A stretch of 38,561 nt of DNA, from sequence record PZ344858.1. One strand, written 5' to 3'. The notes beneath the pieces were generated by a model, which was not told the DNA's origin, did not search any database, and worked only from the letters and a program-made list of their open reading frames with translations. Each line of letters starts with the position of its first letter. Position 1 is the first letter of the stretch. The DNA comes from a phage. Position numbers and translations under genes: made by a program. Below are positions 6,420 to 17,135 of the stretch, in pieces.

Positions 6420-9071
6420 ATGAGCACGATTAACATCGCTAAGAACGATTTCTCTGACATCGAACTGGCTGCTATCCCGTTCAATACTCTGGCTGACCAC
6501 TATGGTGAGCGCCTAGCTCGCGAGCAGTTGGCCCTTGAACATGAGTCTTACGAGATGGGCGAGGCACGTTTCCGCAAGATGTTTGAGCGTCAACTTAAGG
6601 CCGGTGAGGTTGCAGACAATGCGGCTGCTAAACCACTGATTACTACTCTGCTGCCTAAGATGGTTACACGCATCAACGACTGGTTTGAGGAAGTGAAGGC
6701 TAAGCGCGGCAAACGTCCAACCGCTTTCCAGTTCCTGCAAGGAATCAAGCCGGAATCTGTAGCGTATATCACCATCAAGACTACCCTTGCTTGTCTGACG
6801 AGCGTGGACAATACAACCGTTCAGGCTGTAGCAAGCGCCATCGGACGGGCTATCGAGGAAGAAGCTCGCTTCGGTCGAATCCGTGACCTAGAAGCTAAGC
6901 ACTTCAAGAAAAACGTTGAGGAACAACTCAATAAGCGCGTAGGGCATGTCTACAAGAAAGCATTCATGCAAGTAGTCGAGGCCGATATGCTCTCAAAGGG
7001 TCTACTCGGTGGCGAGGCGTGGTCTACATGGCACAAGGAAGACTCCATTCACGTAGGTGTGCGCTGCATTGAGATGCTCATTGAGTCAACCGGAATGGTT
7101 AGCTTGCACCGCCAAAATGCTGGCGTAGTGGGCCAAGACTCTGAGACTATCGAACTGGCACACGAATACGCTGAGGCTATCGCAACACGGGCTGGGGCAC
7201 TGGCGGGTATCTCTCCGATGTATCAGCCTTGCATAGTACCGCCTAAACCTTGGACTGGTGTAACTGGTGGCGGATACTGGGCTAACGGTCGCCGTCCGCT
7301 GGTACTGGTACGCACCCACAGCAAGAAGGCACTGATGCGCTACGAAGATGTTTACATGCCTGAGGTATACAAGGCGATCAACATTGCGCAAAACACCGCT
7401 TGGAAAATCAACAAGAAAGTCCTAGCGGTCGCCAACGTAATCACCAAGTGGAAGCACTGCCCGGTCGAGGACATCCCAGCGATTGAACGTGAAGAACTCC
7501 CGATGAAACCGGAAGACATCGACACGAATCCTGAGGCGCTCACCACTTGGAAACGTGCCGCTGCCGCTGTGTATCGTAAGGACAAGGCCCGTAAGTCTCG
7601 CCGCATAAGCCTTGAGTTCATGCTTGAGCAAGCCAATAAGTTTGCTAACCGTAAGGCCATCTGGTTCCCTTACAACATGGACTGGCGCGGTCGCGTGTAC
7701 GCTGTGTCAATGTTCAATCCGCAAGGTAACGACATGACCAAAGGACTGCTAACACTGGCTAAAGGTAAACCAATCGGCAAGGAAGGATTCTACTGGCTGA
7801 AAATCCACGGGGCAAACTGCGCGGGAGTTGATAAGGTTCCATTCCCTGAGCGCATCAAGTTCATTGAGGACAACCACGATAACATCATGGCGTGCGCTAA
7901 GTCCCCACTGGAGAACACTTGGTGGGCTGAGCAAGATTCTCCGTTCTGCTTCCTCGCGTTCTGCTTTGAGTACGCTGGGGTACAGCACCACGGCCTGAGC
8001 TACAACTGCTCGCTGCCATTGGCTTTCGATGGGTCTTGCTCCGGTATCCAGCACTTCTCCGCGATGCTCCGCGATGAGGTGGGTGGCCGTGCTGTTAACC
8101 TGCTGCCTAGCGAAACCGTTCAGGACATCTACGGGATTGTTGCCAAGAAAGTCAACGAGATTCTGCAAGCTGATGCAATCAACGGTACCGATAACGAAGT
8201 GATTACCGTGACCGATGAGAACACTGGTGAAATCTCTGAGAAAGTCAAGCTGGGCACTAAAGCACTGGCTGGTCAATGGTTGGCCTACGGTGTGACTCGT
8301 AGCGTAACTAAGCGTTCAGTCATGACTCTGGCCTATGGCTCCAAAGAGTTCGGCTTCCGCCAGCAAGTCCTTGAGGACACCATACAGCCAGCTATTGATT
8401 CAGGAAAAGGCCTGATGTTCACGCAACCGAATCAAGCTGCTGGGTATATGGCTAAGCTGATTTGGGAGTCAGTGAGTGTTACCGTAGTGGCTGCTGTAGA
8501 GGCCATGAACTGGCTTAAGTCTGCTGCTAAGCTGCTGGCTGCTGAGGTCAAAGATAAGAAGACTGGTGAGATTCTTCGCAAGCGTTGCGCAGTGTATTGG
8601 GTAACTCCTGATGGCTTCCCTGTGTGGCAAGAATACAAGAAGCCAATTCAGACTCGCTTGAACTTGATGTTCCTCGGTCAGTTCCGCTTACAGCCGACCA
8701 TCAACACCAACAAGGACAGCGAGATTGATGCTCATAAGCAGGAGTCTGGTATCGCTCCTAACTTTGTGCACAGCCAAGACGGTAGCCACCTACGTAAGAC
8801 TGTAGTGTGGGCGCACGAGAAGTACGGAATCGAATCTTTTGCACTGATTCATGACTCCTTCGGGACCATTCCGGCTGATGCTGCCAACCTATTCAAGGCT
8901 GTTCGTGAGACTATGGTTGACACCTACGAGTCCTGCGATGTACTTGCAGACTTCTACAACCAGTTCGCTGACCAGTTACATGAATCTCAACTGGATAAAA
9001 TGCCAGCACTTCCGGCTAAAGGTAACTTGAATTTACGAGACATCTTAGAGTCAGACTTCGCGTTTGCGTAA
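6420..9071 (+). CDS. 1: Single-subunit DNA-directed RNA polymerase (T7 gp1 homolog)
   Basis: 883 aa, the same length as T7 RNAP and near-identical along the whole protein as recalled. Confidence 0.98.
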   Translation: MSTINIAKNDFSDIELAAIPFNTLADHYGERLAREQLALEHESYEMGEARFRKMFERQLKAGEVADNAAAKPLITTLLPKMVTRINDWFEEVKAKRGKRPTAFQFLQGIKPESVAYITIKTTLACLTSVDNTTVQAVASAIGRAIEEEARFGRIRDLEAKHFKKNVEEQLNKRVGHVYKKAFMQVVEADMLSKGLLGGEAWSTWHKEDSIHVGVRCIEMLIESTGMVSLHRQNAGVVGQDSETIELAHEYAEAIATRAGALAGISPMYQPCIVPPKPWTGVTGGGYWANGRRPLVLVRTHSKKALMRYEDVYMPEVYKAINIAQNTAWKINKKVLAVANVITKWKHCPVEDIPAIEREELPMKPEDIDTNPEALTTWKRAAAAVYRKDKARKSRRISLEFMLEQANKFANRKAIWFPYNMDWRGRVYAVSMFNPQGNDMTKGLLTLAKGKPIGKEGFYWLKIHGANCAGVDKVPFPERIKFIEDNHDNIMACAKSPLENTWWAEQDSPFCFLAFCFEYAGVQHHGLSYNCSLPLAFDGSCSGIQHFSAMLRDEVGGRAVNLLPSETVQDIYGIVAKKVNEILQADAINGTDNEVITVTDENTGEISEKVKLGTKALAGQWLAYGVTRSVTKRSVMTLAYGSKEFGFRQQVLEDTIQPAIDSGKGLMFTQPNQAAGYMAKLIWESVSVTVVAAVEAMNWLKSAAKLLAAEVKDKKTGEILRKRCAVYWVTPDGFPVWQEYKKPIQTRLNLMFLGQFRLQPTINTNKDSEIDAHKQESGIAPNFVHSQDGSHLRKTVVWAHEKYGIESFALIHDSFGTIPADAANLFKAVRETMVDTYESCDVLADFYNQFADQLHESQLDKMPALPAKGNLNLRDILESDFAFA

Positions 9072-9075
9072 CGTC

Positions 9076-9098
9076 AAATTAATATCACTATAGGGAAG
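9076..9098 (+). promoter_or_regulatory. Degenerate T7-type promoter (phi1.1 position)
   Basis: aaattaatatcactatagggaag: perfect -8 to +4 (TCACTATAGGGA) but the upstream CGAC core (-12 to -9) is missing. Confidence 0.35.
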
Positions 9099-9176
9099 AC
9101 CTTAAGGTTTAACTTTAAGACCCTTAAGTGTTAATTAAAGATTTAAATTAAAGACTACTAAGAGAGGACTTTAAGT

Positions 9177-9305
9177 ATGCGTAACTTCGAAAAGATGACC
9201 AAACGTTCTAACCGTAACGCTCATGACTTCGAGGCAACCAAGGGTCGTAAGTTGAATAAGACAAAGCGTGATCGCTCACACAAGCGTAGCTGGGAGGGTC
9301 AGTAA
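9177..9305 (+). CDS. 1.1: gp1.1-like small basic protein
   Basis: 42 aa MRNFEKMTKRSNRNAHDFEATKGRKLNKTKRDRSHKRSWEGQ; RBS agagagga; matches T7 gp1.1 as recalled. Confidence 0.75.
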   Translation: MRNFEKMTKRSNRNAHDFEATKGRKLNKTKRDRSHKRSWEGQ

Positions 9306-9306
9306 G

Positions 9307-9564
9307 ATGGGACGTTTATACAGTGGGAACCTGAATGACTTCAAGGATGCTTGCAACAGGCTCTACCAGTTGGACCTTGCTGTTATAGCCGTTGAGCAGG
9401 AAGGTTCGCCAAACATAAAGGCAACCATGTACCTTCGGATTGAAGATCGTACTGGTCGCATAGTTGCTCAGGAAGAGATTCACCACTGCGACGAAGATAT
9501 TCTGTACAATATGGGAACATCTTGGTTGAACCGTATGTACGACCAGTTGAAGGACTGGAAGTAA
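9307..9564 (+). CDS. 1.2: gp1.2-like protein (host dGTPase inhibitor in T7)
   Basis: 85 aa starting MGRLYSGNL with RBS gggaggg; C-terminus NRMYDQLKDWK matches T7 gp1.2; the ORF-track start at 9268 is an upstream extension. Confidence 0.85.
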   Translation: MGRLYSGNLNDFKDACNRLYQLDLAVIAVEQEGSPNIKATMYLRIEDRTGRIVAQEEIHHCDEDILYNMGTSWLNRMYDQLKDWK

Positions 9565-9584
9565 TACGACTCACTAAAGGGACA
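9562..9584 (+). promoter_or_regulatory. T7-type promoter (phi1.3)
   Basis: taatacgactcactaaagggaca; overlaps the gene 1.2 stop codon. Confidence 0.85.
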
Positions 9585-9586
9585 AT

Positions 9587-9620
9587 GCTTAAGGTCGCTC
9601 CAACTGAGTGGCCTTAGTCG
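9587..9620 (+). promoter_or_regulatory. RNase III-type processing hairpin (R1.3-like)
   Basis: cttaaggtcgctccaactgagtggccttag, imperfect stem with internal mismatch. Confidence 0.5.
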
Positions 9621-9644
9621 TTTAACCGATAGGAGATACTAACC

Positions 9645-10733
9645 ATGATGAACATTAAGACCAACCCATTCAAAGCCGTGTCTTTCGTAGAGTCTGCCAT
9701 TAAGAAAGCTCTCGATAACGCTGGGTATCTTATTGCTGACGTTAAATACGATGGTGTACGTGGTAACATCTGCGTAGACAATACCGCTAACAGTTGCTGG
9801 CTCTCTCGTGTATCTAAACCGATTCCGGCACTGGAGCACTTAAACGGATTTGATGTTCGCTGGAAGCGTCTACTCAACGATGACCGTTGCTTCTACAAAG
9901 ATGGCTTTATGCTTGATGGTGAACTCATGGTCAAAGGTGTAGACTTCAACACTGGGTCCGGCCTACTGCGTACCAAGTGGCTCAACAAGAAGAACTTTGA
10001 GTTCGACGTTGGCGGTGTGCCACCACTCAAGGGGTCAAAGGTTGAGTTCGCGTTGGACACCAAACGTCTGAGTGTCAAACTGTATGCTATCCTACCACTG
10101 CACATCGTAGAGTCTGGGGAAGACTGCGACATCATGACACTGCTCATGCAGGAACACGTTAAGAACATGCTGCCTCTGCTACAGGAATACTTCCCTGAAA
10201 TCGAATGGCAAGCGGCTGAGTCTTACGAGGTCTACGATATGGTAGAACTACAGCAACTGTATGAGAAGAAGCGCGAAGAAGGACATGAAGGTCTAATCGT
10301 GAAAGACCCTATGGGCATCTACAAGCGAGGTAAGAAGTCCGGATGGTGGAAAATGAAGCCAGAGAACGAGGCTGACGGTATTATCCAAGGTCTGGTATGG
10401 GGTACGGAAGGTCTGTCTAATGAGGGCAAAGTGATTGGCTTTGAGGTGCTCCTTGAGAGTGGTCGTGTAGTAAACGCCACAAACATCTCTCGCGCCTTAA
10501 TGGACGAGTTCACAGCCGTGGTAAAAGAGGCCACTTTGAAACAGTGGGGATTCTTTAGCCCGTATGGGATTGGTGACAACGATGCTTGCACCTTAAATCC
10601 CTACAATGGATGGGCCTGCCAGATTAGCTACATGGAGGAAACACCTGATGGCTCTCTGCGTCACCCATCGTTCGTATGTTTCCGTGGTACTGAGGACAAC
10701 CCTCAAGAGTATAAGGAGACACTGTATGCTTAA
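9645..10733 (+). CDS. 1.3: ATP-dependent DNA ligase (T7 gp1.3 homolog)
   Basis: 362 aa; adenylation-site motif region IADVKYDGVRG; RBS aggag. Confidence 0.95.
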   Translation: MMNIKTNPFKAVSFVESAIKKALDNAGYLIADVKYDGVRGNICVDNTANSCWLSRVSKPIPALEHLNGFDVRWKRLLNDDRCFYKDGFMLDGELMVKGVDFNTGSGLLRTKWLNKKNFEFDVGGVPPLKGSKVEFALDTKRLSVKLYAILPLHIVESGEDCDIMTLLMQEHVKNMLPLLQEYFPEIEWQAAESYEVYDMVELQQLYEKKREEGHEGLIVKDPMGIYKRGKKSGWWKMKPENEADGIIQGLVWGTEGLSNEGKVIGFEVLLESGRVVNATNISRALMDEFTAVVKEATLKQWGFFSPYGIGDNDACTLNPYNGWACQISYMEETPDGSLRHPSFVCFRGTEDNPQEYKETLYA

Positions 10734-10881
10734 GAAAGTTGGTAAATTCCTTGCTGCTTGGGCAGCTATCCTGACGTTTGCGTATCTTCTTGCTGTATAT
10801 CCTCAAGTAGCACTCGTAGTAGTCGGTGCTTGTTGCTTAGCGGCAGCCTGTGCTTGCGTGTGGTGCTTCGTCAACTGTTAA
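10726..10881 (+). CDS. 1.4: gp1.4-like small hydrophobic protein
   Basis: 51 aa MLKKVGKFLAAWAAILTFAYLLAVYPQVALVVVGACCLAAACACVWCFVNC; start overlaps the ligase stop; RBS aaggag; ORF 10606-10881 is an unsupported upstream extension. Confidence 0.65.
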   Translation: MLKKVGKFLAAWAAILTFAYLLAVYPQVALVVVGACCLAAACACVWCFVNC

Positions 10882-10901
10882 TACGACTCACTATAGGAGG
10901 T
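10879..10901 (+). promoter_or_regulatory. T7-type promoter (phi1.5)
   Basis: taatacgactcactataggaggt. Confidence 0.85.
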
Positions 10902-10908
10902 ACACATC

Positions 10909-10998
10909 ATGATGTACTTAATGCCATTACTCATTGTCATCGTTGGATGCCTTGCGCTCCACTGTAGCGATGACGATATGCCAGATGGTCATGCTTAA
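10909..10998 (+). CDS. 1.5: gp1.5-like small protein
   Basis: 29 aa MMYLMPLLIVIVGCLALHCSDDDMPDGHA. Confidence 0.6.
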   Translation: MMYLMPLLIVIVGCLALHCSDDDMPDGHA

Positions 10999-11018
10999 TA
11001 CGACTCACTAAAGGAGAC
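10996..11018 (+). promoter_or_regulatory. T7-type promoter (phi1.6)
   Basis: taatacgactcactaaaggagac. Confidence 0.85.
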
Positions 11019-11023
11019 ACTAT

Positions 11024-11284
11024 ATGTTCCGACTTCACTTCAACAAAAGCCTTAAGAATTTCACGGTTCGTCGTGCTGACCGTTCAATCGTATGTGCGAG
11101 CGAACGCCGAGCTAAGTTACCTCTTATTGGTGACACAGTTCCTTTGGCACCGAGCGTCCACATCATTATCACCCGCGGTGACTTTGAGAAAGCAATAGAC
11201 AAGAAACGTCCGGTTCTTAGTGTGGCAGTGACCAGCTTCCCGTTCGTCCGTCTGTTACTCAAACGTATCAAGGAGGTGTTCTGA
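11024..11284 (+). CDS. 1.6: gp1.6-like protein
   Basis: 86 aa ORF directly downstream of the phi1.6 promoter; RBS aaaggag. Confidence 0.8.
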   Translation: MFRLHFNKSLKNFTVRRADRSIVCASERRAKLPLIGDTVPLAPSVHIIITRGDFEKAIDKKRPVLSVAVTSFPFVRLLLKRIKEVF

Positions 11285-11866
11285 TGGGACTGTTAGATGG
11301 TGTAGCTTTGGAAAAAGAAAACCCGCCAGTACAAGCAACTGGGTGTATAGCTTGCTTAGAGAAAGACGACCGTTATCCACACACCTGTAATAAAGGAGCT
11401 AACGATATGACAGAACGTGAACAAGAGATGATCATTAAGTTGATAGACAATAACGAAGGTCGCCCAGATGATTTGAATGGCTGCGGACTTCTCTGCTCTA
11501 ATGTCCCTTGTCACCTCTGCCCCGCAAATAACGATCAAAAGATAACCTTAGGTGAAATCCGAGCGATGGACCCACGTAAGTCTAAGCAGGAGAAACCAGA
11601 GGTAACTCCTACAGATGACCAACCTTCCACCGAGTCAATAGAAGGTGTCACGAAGCCATCTCATTATATGTTGTTCGACGACATTGAGGCTATCGAAGTG
11701 ATTGCCCGTTCGATGACCCGTGAGCAGTTCAAAGGGTATTGCTTAGGGAACATCCTTAAGTACCGCCTACGTGCTGGTAAGAAGTCCGAACTGGCTTACT
11801 TAGAGAAGGACATGGCGAAAGCTGGGTTCTATGGTGAACTGTACGAGAAACATAAGGACAAGTGCT

Positions 11867-11877
<11 letters not shown>
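11284..11877 (+). CDS. 1.7: Nucleotide kinase (T7 gp1.7 homolog)
   Basis: 197 aa ORF; position and size match T7 gp1.7. Confidence 0.85.
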
Positions 11878-12182
<305 letters not shown>

Positions 12183-12185
<3 letters not shown>

Positions 12186-12205
12186 TACGACTCACTATAG
12201 GGAAG
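12183..12205 (+). promoter_or_regulatory. T7-type promoter (phi2.5)
   Basis: taatacgactcactatagggaag. Confidence 0.85.
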
Positions 12206-12249
12206 ACTCCCTTTGAGAAACTAAACGAAACCTAAAGGAGATTAACATT

Positions 12250-12948
12250 ATGGCTAAGAAGATTTTCACCTCTGCTCTGGGTACTGCTGAACCTTACGCT
12301 TACCTCTCTAAGCCGGACTACGGCAACGAAGAGCGTGGCTTTGGGAACCCTCGTGGTGTATACAAAGTTGACCTGACTATTCCCAACAAAGACCCGCGTT
12401 GTCAACGTATGGTCGATGAAATCGTGAAGTGCCACGAAGAGGCTTATGCTGCTGCCGTTGAGGAATACGAAGCGAACCCGCCTGCTGTAGCCCGTGGTAA
12501 GAAACCACTGAAACCGTATGAAGGCGACATGCCGTTCTTCGATAATGGTGATGGTACGACTACCTTTAAGTTCAAATGCTACGCGTCCTTCCAAGACAAG
12601 AAGACCAAAGAGACCAAGCACATCAATCTGGTTGTGGTTGACTCCAAAGGTAAGAAGATGGAAGACGTTCCGATTATCGGCGGTGGCTCTAAGCTGAAAG
12701 TCAAATACTCTCTGGTTCCGTACAAGTGGAACACCGCTGTAGGTGCGAGCGTTAAGCTGCAATTGGAATCCGTTATGTTGGTCGAACTGGCTACCTTTGG
12801 TGGCGGTGAAGACGATTGGGCTGACGAAGTTGAAGAGAACGGCTATGTTGCCTCTGGTTCTGCCAAAGCGAGCAAACCACGCGACGAAGAAAGCTGGGAT
12901 GAAGACGACGAAGGCTCTTACGAAGAAGACTCAGACGGAGATTTTTAA
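12250..12948 (+). CDS. 2.5: Single-stranded DNA-binding protein (T7 gp2.5 homolog)
   Basis: 232 aa with acidic C-terminal tail ending DGDF; RBS aaaggag. Confidence 0.95.
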   Translation: MAKKIFTSALGTAEPYAYLSKPDYGNEERGFGNPRGVYKVDLTIPNKDPRCQRMVDEIVKCHEEAYAAAVEEYEANPPAVARGKKPLKPYEGDMPFFDNGDGTTTFKFKCYASFQDKKTKETKHINLVVVDSKGKKMEDVPIIGGGSKLKVKYSLVPYKWNTAVGASVKLQLESVMLVELATFGGGEDDWADEVEENGYVASGSAKASKPRDEESWDEDDEGSYEEDSDGDF

Positions 12949-13445
12949 TGCCACGCCTTAGCCGTGAGGCATTGCAGAAGAAAATTCTAGACAATGTGAT
13001 TCCCGATGAGAATGGATGCTGGATATGGCAGAAGTCATTCGGGAGTCACGGTTATGGAAACATTGCTACAGGAGGGCACCGGAATGAGACGGCACATAGG
13101 GTCTCACACGAGGTGTTCATTGGCGAGATTCCAAAAGGCCAGCTAGTCTTACACTCCTGTGATAATCGCAAGTGTTGTAATCCTGATCACTTGCGTAGCG
13201 GCACATATAAGGATAACAGCTCAGACGCTATCAGTAGAGGGAGGAACAAACTACCTCCGGTAATGATTGGAAGTGACCATGTTAATGCTAAACTGACAGA
13301 AGAAGAGGTACTTGAAATTTATATGTCAACCTTGTCGCAGCGTAAACTTGCAGCACTGTTTGGAGTCTCTCAGAAGTTAATTCATTGCATAAAGAGAGGT
13401 AAGGCATGGCAGCATGTTACGCAGCACGAGGAATTAAACGTGTAG
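12948..13445 (+). CDS. HNH-family homing endonuclease
   Basis: 165 aa; motif GCWIWQKSFGSHGYG...HRVSHEVFIGEIPKGQLVLHSCDNRKCCNPDHL typical of HNH_3 nucleases; ATG overlaps the gene 2.5 stop and the 3' end overlaps gene 3. Confidence 0.85.
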   Translation: MPRLSREALQKKILDNVIPDENGCWIWQKSFGSHGYGNIATGGHRNETAHRVSHEVFIGEIPKGQLVLHSCDNRKCCNPDHLRSGTYKDNSSDAISRGRNKLPPVMIGSDHVNAKLTEEEVLEIYMSTLSQRKLAALFGVSQKLIHCIKRGKAWQHVTQHEELNV

Positions 13446-13858
13446 GAAACTACCGAAGTGGACTTGAAGAGAAAAATATGGCACGCTTGGAGAGTATGGG
13501 AGTTAAGGCTAAATATGAATCCTTCTCAATCCCTTATGTAATACCAGCTAGTAATCATAAATATACACCTGACGCGTTGCTACCAAACGGTATCATAGTA
13601 GAGTTCAAGGGATTGTTCGAAGCAGAAGACCGTAAGAAACATTTACTTATTCGCGAACAGTTCCCAGACCTCGATATACGCATCGTGTTCTCTTCAAGTC
13701 GCACCAAGTTATACAAAGGGTCTCCCACCAGCTACGGTGAGTGGGCAGAAAAACACAGCATTAAGTTCGCAGATAAGTTGATACCTGCGGAATGGCTTAA
13801 AGAACCTAGTAAGGAGATTCCTTGGGACAAAATGATTATTAAGAAGGAGAAGAAATAA
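13406..13858 (+). CDS. 3: Endonuclease I, Holliday-junction resolvase (T7 gp3 homolog)
   Basis: 150 aa; conserved VPYVIPASNH...PDALLPNGI...RIVFSSSRTKLYKGSPTSYGEW matches T7 endonuclease I. Confidence 0.9.
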   Translation: MAACYAARGIKRVGNYRSGLEEKNMARLESMGVKAKYESFSIPYVIPASNHKYTPDALLPNGIIVEFKGLFEAEDRKKHLLIREQFPDLDIRIVFSSSRTKLYKGSPTSYGEWAEKHSIKFADKLIPAEWLKEPSKEIPWDKMIIKKEKK

Positions 13859-14313
13859 TGGCTCGTGTACAGTTTAAACCGCGTGAATCTACTGACGCAA
13901 TCTTTATTCACTGCTCAGCGACTAAACCAAACCAGAACGTAGGTGTCCGCGAGATTCGCCAGTGGCACAAAGAGCAAGGCTGGTTGGATGTGGGATACCA
14001 CTACATCATTAAGCGCGATGGTACTGTAGAGGAAGGCCGAGACGAGATGGCTGTAGGTTCTCACGTTAAGGGCCACAACCACAACTCAATCGGTGTCTGC
14101 CTTGTTGGTGGTATTGACGATAAAGGTAAGTTCGAAGCTAACTTTACGCCAGCCCAGATGCAATCCCTCCGCTCACTGCTTGTCACACTACTGGCTAAGT
14201 ATAAAGGCGCTGTTCTTCGAGCGCATCACGATGTCGCACCTAAGGCTTGCCCTTCGTTCGACCTTAAGCGTTGGTGGGAGAAGAACGAACTTGTCACATC
14301 TGACCGTGGCTAA
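13858..14313 (+). CDS. 3.5: Lysozyme / N-acetylmuramoyl-L-alanine amidase and RNAP inhibitor (T7 gp3.5 homolog)
   Basis: 151 aa, same length as T7 lysozyme; strong similarity. Confidence 0.95.
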   Translation: MARVQFKPRESTDAIFIHCSATKPNQNVGVREIRQWHKEQGWLDVGYHYIIKRDGTVEEGRDEMAVGSHVKGHNHNSIGVCLVGGIDDKGKFEANFTPAQMQSLRSLLVTLLAKYKGAVLRAHHDVAPKACPSFDLKRWWEKNELVTSDRG

Positions 14314-14333
14314 TTGATTGTTCGCATCATTGA

Positions 14334-16107
<1,774 letters not shown>

Positions 16108-16110
<3 letters not shown>

Positions 16111-16130
16111 TACGACTCACTAAAGGAGAC
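16108..16130 (+). promoter_or_regulatory. T7-type promoter (phi4.3)
   Basis: taatacgactcactaaaggagac. Confidence 0.85.
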
Positions 16131-16135
16131 ACACC

Positions 16136-16348
16136 ATGTTTAAACTGATTAAGAAGTTGGGCAAACTACTGGTTCGTTTGTATAACGTAGAAGCTAAGCG
16201 CCTGAACGATGAGGCCCGTAATGAAGCCACACAGTCCCGCGCTCTGGCTATCCGCTCTAACGAACTGGCTGACAGCGCATCAAATAAAGTTACCGAGGCC
16301 GCTCGCGTAGCTAATCAAGCTCAACAACTTTCCAAATTCTTTGAGTAA
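16136..16348 (+). CDS. 4.3: gp4.3-like protein
   Basis: 70 aa ORF immediately downstream of the promoter and RBS aaaggag. Confidence 0.8.
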   Translation: MFKLIKKLGKLLVRLYNVEAKRLNDEARNEATQSRALAIRSNELADSASNKVTEAARVANQAQQLSKFFE

Positions 16349-16366
16349 TTAAACAGGAGAACTACC

Positions 16367-16636
16367 ATGACACAAGTAGCTGAAACTATCCGTCTATCCG
16401 ATACCGCCGACCAGTGGAACCGTCGAGTTCACATTAACGTTCGTAACGGAAAGGCTACCATGGTTTACCGTTGGAAGGACTCTAAGTCCTCTAAGAATCA
16501 CACTCAGCGTATGACGTTGACGGACGAGCAAGCACTGCGTCTGGTCAATGCGCTTACCAAAGCTTCCGTGACTGCAATTCATGAGGCTGGTCGCGTTGAT
16601 GAAGCTATGGCTATCCTCGACAAGATTGATAGCTAA
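16367..16636 (+). CDS. 4.5: gp4.5-like protein
   Basis: 89 aa ORF with RBS caggaga; size and position as T7 gp4.5. Confidence 0.8.
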   Translation: MTQVAETIRLSDTADQWNRRVHINVRNGKATMVYRWKDSKSSKNHTQRMTLTDEQALRLVNALTKASVTAIHEAGRVDEAMAILDKIDS

Positions 16637-16640
16637 GAGT

Positions 16641-16680
16641 GGTATACTCAAGGTCGCCCAAGTGGTGGCCTTCATGAATA
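16641..16680 (+). promoter_or_regulatory. RNase III-type processing hairpin (R4.7-like)
   Basis: ggtatactcaaggtcgcccaagtggtggccttcatgaata. Confidence 0.5.
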
Positions 16681-16703
16681 CTATTCGACTCACTATAGGA
16701 GAT
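16681..16703 (+). promoter_or_regulatory. T7-type promoter (phi4.7)
   Basis: ctattcgactcactataggagat; core -12 to +2 conserved, upstream AT-rich region variant. Confidence 0.75.
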
Positions 16704-16709
16704 ATTACC

Positions 16710-17117
16710 ATGCGTGACCCTAAAGTTATCCAAGCAGAAATCGCTAAACTGGAAGCTGAACTTGAGGACGTTAAGTACCATGAGGCCAAGACTCGCTCCG
16801 CTGTTCACATTTTGAAGAACTTAGGGTGGACTTGGACACGACAGGCTGGCTGGAAGAAGCCGGAAGTTTACAAGTTGAGCCACAAGGTGTTCGATAAGGA
16901 CACTATGACCCACATCAAGGCTGGTGATTGGGTTAAGGTTGACATGGGAGTTGTTGGAGGATATGGCTATGTCCGCTCAGTGAGTGGTAAATACGCACAA
17001 GTGTCATACATCACAGGTGTTACTCCACGAGGAGCAATCGTTGCCGATAAGACCAACATGATTCACACAGGCTTCTTGACGGTTGTCTCGTATGGAGAGA
17101 TTGTTAAGTCACGATAA
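16710..17117 (+). CDS. 4.7: gp4.7-like protein
   Basis: 135 aa starting MRDPKVIQAEIAKLE just downstream of phi4.7; ORF 16581-17117 is an upstream extension. Confidence 0.8.
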   Translation: MRDPKVIQAEIAKLEAELEDVKYHEAKTRSAVHILKNLGWTWTRQAGWKKPEVYKLSHKVFDKDTMTHIKAGDWVKVDMGVVGGYGYVRSVSGKYAQVSYITGVTPRGAIVADKTNMIHTGFLTVVSYGEIVKSR

Positions 17118-17135
17118 TCAATAGGAGAAATCAAT

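Noticed and set aside
7749-8276. 175 aa minus-strand ORF inside the RNA polymerase gene
   Set aside because: Antisense to gene 1; no start context; all minus-strand ORFs in the track (also 12232-12762, 17871-18515, 20447-20896, 22138-22644, 25017-25544, 30221-30733) rejected for the same reason.
10740-10775. Hairpin gctgcttgggcagc just after the ligase gene as a possible early terminator
   Set aside because: A stem is present but there is no adjacent U-run and it lies within the gene 1.4 coding sequence; too weak to call without a terminator model.
10606-10881. 91 aa ORF version of gene 1.4 starting inside the ligase gene
   Set aside because: The upstream 40 codons overlap the ligase 3' end in another frame; the homology-supported start is the ATG at 10726 with its own RBS.
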